64,000 nucleotides of DNA from an uncultured Acidobacteriota bacterium. Its GTDB lineage: Bacteria > Acidobacteriota > JAQAZP01. Under the pieces are notes generated by a model. It saw nothing but the letters and a program-made list of their open reading frames with translations. It made no database searches and was not told the origin of the DNA. A program made the translations under genes and the position numbers. Positions 61,887 to 64,000 of this stretch are shown in pieces. Every line of letters starts with the position of its first letter. The stretch's first letter is position 1. The stretch is taken from the NCBI GenBank assembly GCA_963836075.1, contig CAWIIB010000009.1, forward strand, positions 1,632,001 through 1,696,000. Direction: 5' to 3'.

Positions 61887-64000
61887 CCCTGTTCAGGATA
61901 TCCGTCAGGCCGCTGCGTGGATTCTCTTCGCGCTGGTCTTCCTGTCGCCGTTGCCCTTCGGCGCGGTGCAAGGCTGGGCCACCGGAGTCCTGGAAGTCGT
62001 CCTTTTTGCTCTGTTCATCGTTGTTCTGATCCGCGGTCTCTTGACCGGCGAGTCCCTCCGCCTGCCCCTCCTGGCGGCTGCGGCAATGTTTTTCATGTTG
62101 CACCTGATCCAGATTCTGCCCCTGCCGGAGAGGCTCCTGGAGCCGCTGTCGCCCTTTTCGCATTACATCTTCCAGGCCTTGCGGCCCGACGATTCAGGGC
62201 AGTTGTGGCAAACCGTTTCGGTGAGCCCCGAAGCCACCATCTCCTCGCTGTTCTGGTTTTCCGCTTGTCTGGCCACTTTTCACATCGCCAGGATGATCAG
62301 CCGCCGCGGCGGCAAGCCGGGGAATGACGCGCCCGCTCACCGCAACCGGGCTGCAACGCCGTTCGGCATTCCCACCAGGAACAGGCCCGAAGCGGCCGCC
62401 CTGTTCCTGTCCTTCACTCTTGTCGCTGCCGGGACATTCCAGGCCGTATATGGCCTGGCCGAGCACTTCTTCGGCTGGAACCGGATTTTCTTTTATGTCA
62501 GAAGATTCCCCATGGAGGGGGTGGCCGGTACCTTCATCAACACCAACAACTGTGCGGCATTCCTCGCGCTCTGTCTGCCGCTCACCCTGTCTCTCGTCCT
62601 CTACCTGCAGCATTTCAAGGAGCGGAAACCGGACAGGCAGGGCCTGCGCAAGAAGAAAAAAGCCGCGGCACCGCTGCGTTTCCCGGTGCGGATTCTGCTT
62701 CTCTCCGGCGCGGCGGCCCTCATCGCCCTGGCCCTGGTGTTCACCCGCTCGGGGGGCGGAATCATCTCCTCCTCCGCCGGCCTCGTGCTCTTCTTCCTCT
62801 ATTACTTTTTCCGCCGTCCCGGGGGAAAACCGCTGCTGCCCGGTCTTTCCGTGCTGGCCGTTGCCCTGCTGGCCCTTGCGGCCATCGGCCTGTTCCTCGG
62901 GCCGGACTTCACCATGAACAGCCTGGTTACCGAATCCACGGGGCATGCCGCCGGCCGTTTCACCGTCTGGACCGAGTCGATGGCCATCAGCAACGATTAT
63001 CCCCTGTTCGGTTCGGGGGCCGGCACCTACGGGCAGCTGATGCTTCACTATTGCAACCGCATGGTGGTTCATGCCCACAACGAGTATGTGGAACTGTTCT
63101 GTGAACACGGTCCCGCCGGCCTGCTGGCGCTCCTGCTGTTCATCTGGTATTTCGTCCGTCTGCTGTTCGCTGTCCATTCCGGCACGCTTCGCAATCGTTC
63201 CCGGTCCGGGGCCTTTCCCTCTTCGTTTATCCTGCCCCTGGGGCTTTCCGTTTCCCTGTTGGGGCTGATGATTCATTGCATCGTCGATTTCCCGCTGCGC
63301 ATCCCGGCCATCGCTCTGGCCGGTTCCTGTCTGCTGGGTGTGCTGTCCGCCATGGTGGTGCAACGGAGCGCCCGCCGGGCCGCCCGGCGAAGGACCGGCC
63401 ATGTCCTTCTGATCATCACTGCGGCGGTTCTGTTGTGCCTTTCCGGCCTCCGCCTGTTCACGGCCGCCGGGTACGGCGCCGGCTTTGAAAGGCGTGTCGC
63501 CACCGTGCGGGGAGAGATCGACCGGTTGTCCGCCGATGGCCCCGCCACTGCCGCATCCGGACCTGAATCGGCCACGGCCCTGGCAGTGCGGTCCCTGTTG
63601 CTGGACCGGCCGCTGGACCTGCGCGGGCACCGCCTGGCCTTCGAGCTGGCCCGTCTTCAGGGCAAGTCCCTGGACATGGAACGGGCGCTTGTGCGGGGTG
63701 TCCTGGCCCGGCCCTCGCTGTCACAGATGTCCTATGACCTGGGGCAGTTTCTGCTGGGGCGGGGCCGGTTCAGGGAAGGCCTGTCCTGGTTCCGGCGCTC
63801 CCTGGAACTGGACGTCAAGTACCTGGACGAGATCTATGAGACCTGCGCCCGGATCTTTGCCCGGCGGTTCGAACGGTTCGAGTTCATCTTTCCCAGGGAG
63901 CCGGCGGTGCGGGAACGTCTGGGTGAACTGCTGCATATCTCCGGCCTGGCTCCCCAGAGCCTTGAGCAATACCAGTGGTGTCTTTCCCGGCTGCCGGACC
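61879..64000 (+). CDS. O-antigen ligase/Wzy_C-family membrane protein with TPR-like C-terminus (runs off the window)
   Basis: Read from GTG 61879: PLPFGAV, GTFINTNN, FTRSGGG, YPLFGSGAGTY, HAHNEY and IHCIVDFPLRIPA. It is absent from the ORF track because no stop occurs in the window. Confidence 0.85.
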   Translation, partial: MRNPVQDIRQAAAWILFALVFLSPLPFGAVQGWATGVLEVVLFALFIVVLIRGLLTGESLRLPLLAAAAMFFMLHLIQILPLPERLLEPLSPFSHYIFQALRPDDSGQLWQTVSVSPEATISSLFWFSACLATFHIARMISRRGGKPGNDAPAHRNRAATPFGIPTRNRPEAAALFLSFTLVAAGTFQAVYGLAEHFFGWNRIFFYVRRFPMEGVAGTFINTNNCAAFLALCLPLTLSLVLYLQHFKERKPDRQGLRKKKKAAAPLRFPVRILLLSGAAALIALALVFTRSGGGIISSSAGLVLFFLYYFFRRPGGKPLLPGLSVLAVALLALAAIGLFLGPDFTMNSLVTESTGHAAGRFTVWTESMAISNDYPLFGSGAGTYGQLMLHYCNRMVVHAHNEYVELFCEHGPAGLLALLLFIWYFVRLLFAVHSGTLRNRSRSGAFPSSFILPLGLSVSLLGLMIHCIVDFPLRIPAIALAGSCLLGVLSAMVVQRSARRAARRRTGHVLLIITAAVLLCLSGLRLFTAAGYGAGFERRVATVRGEIDRLSADGPATAASGPESATALAVRSLLLDRPLDLRGHRLAFELARLQGKSLDMERALVRGVLARPSLSQMSYDLGQFLLGRGRFREGLSWFRRSLELDVKYLDEIYETCARIFARRFERFEFIFPREPAVRERLGELLHISGLAPQSLEQYQWCLSRLPD

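Overview
High-GC bacterial window with dense coding; no rRNA, tRNA, CRISPR array or mobile element was seen. The left half is mostly housekeeping and accessory genes: a BlaI/BlaR1-like pair, an arylsulfotransferase, a Zn alcohol dehydrogenase, Lon, a sulfatase-like lipoprotein, a sufCBD-Rieske-sufS-sufU operon, a c-heme-fused cytochrome bd-superfamily pair, a NikR-regulated Ni/Co ECF transporter and an Att-type ABC transporter. The main signal is an island of about 24 kb (32966-57095) that looks like a self-contained extracellular electron transfer system. It encodes an ImcH-like 13-heme quinol dehydrogenase, a CbcSTU-like complex, and a sigma54 activator with a degenerate ArsC-like domain. 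A sigma54 promoter precedes a hexaheme OmcS-type nanowire subunit that keeps the inter-subunit His16. Behind it lies an omcS-companion-like cluster (outer-membrane barrel, two CsgG-like proteins, PPIase, 26- and 16-heme cytochromes, two NHL propellers), then a tetraheme cytochrome c3 and a System II heme-attachment operon. The flanking genes do not look Geobacter-like, but host taxonomy cannot be fixed from this window. Seven genes carry single-base frameshifts, most likely long-read errors. Family calls come from motif recognition; no database searches were run.
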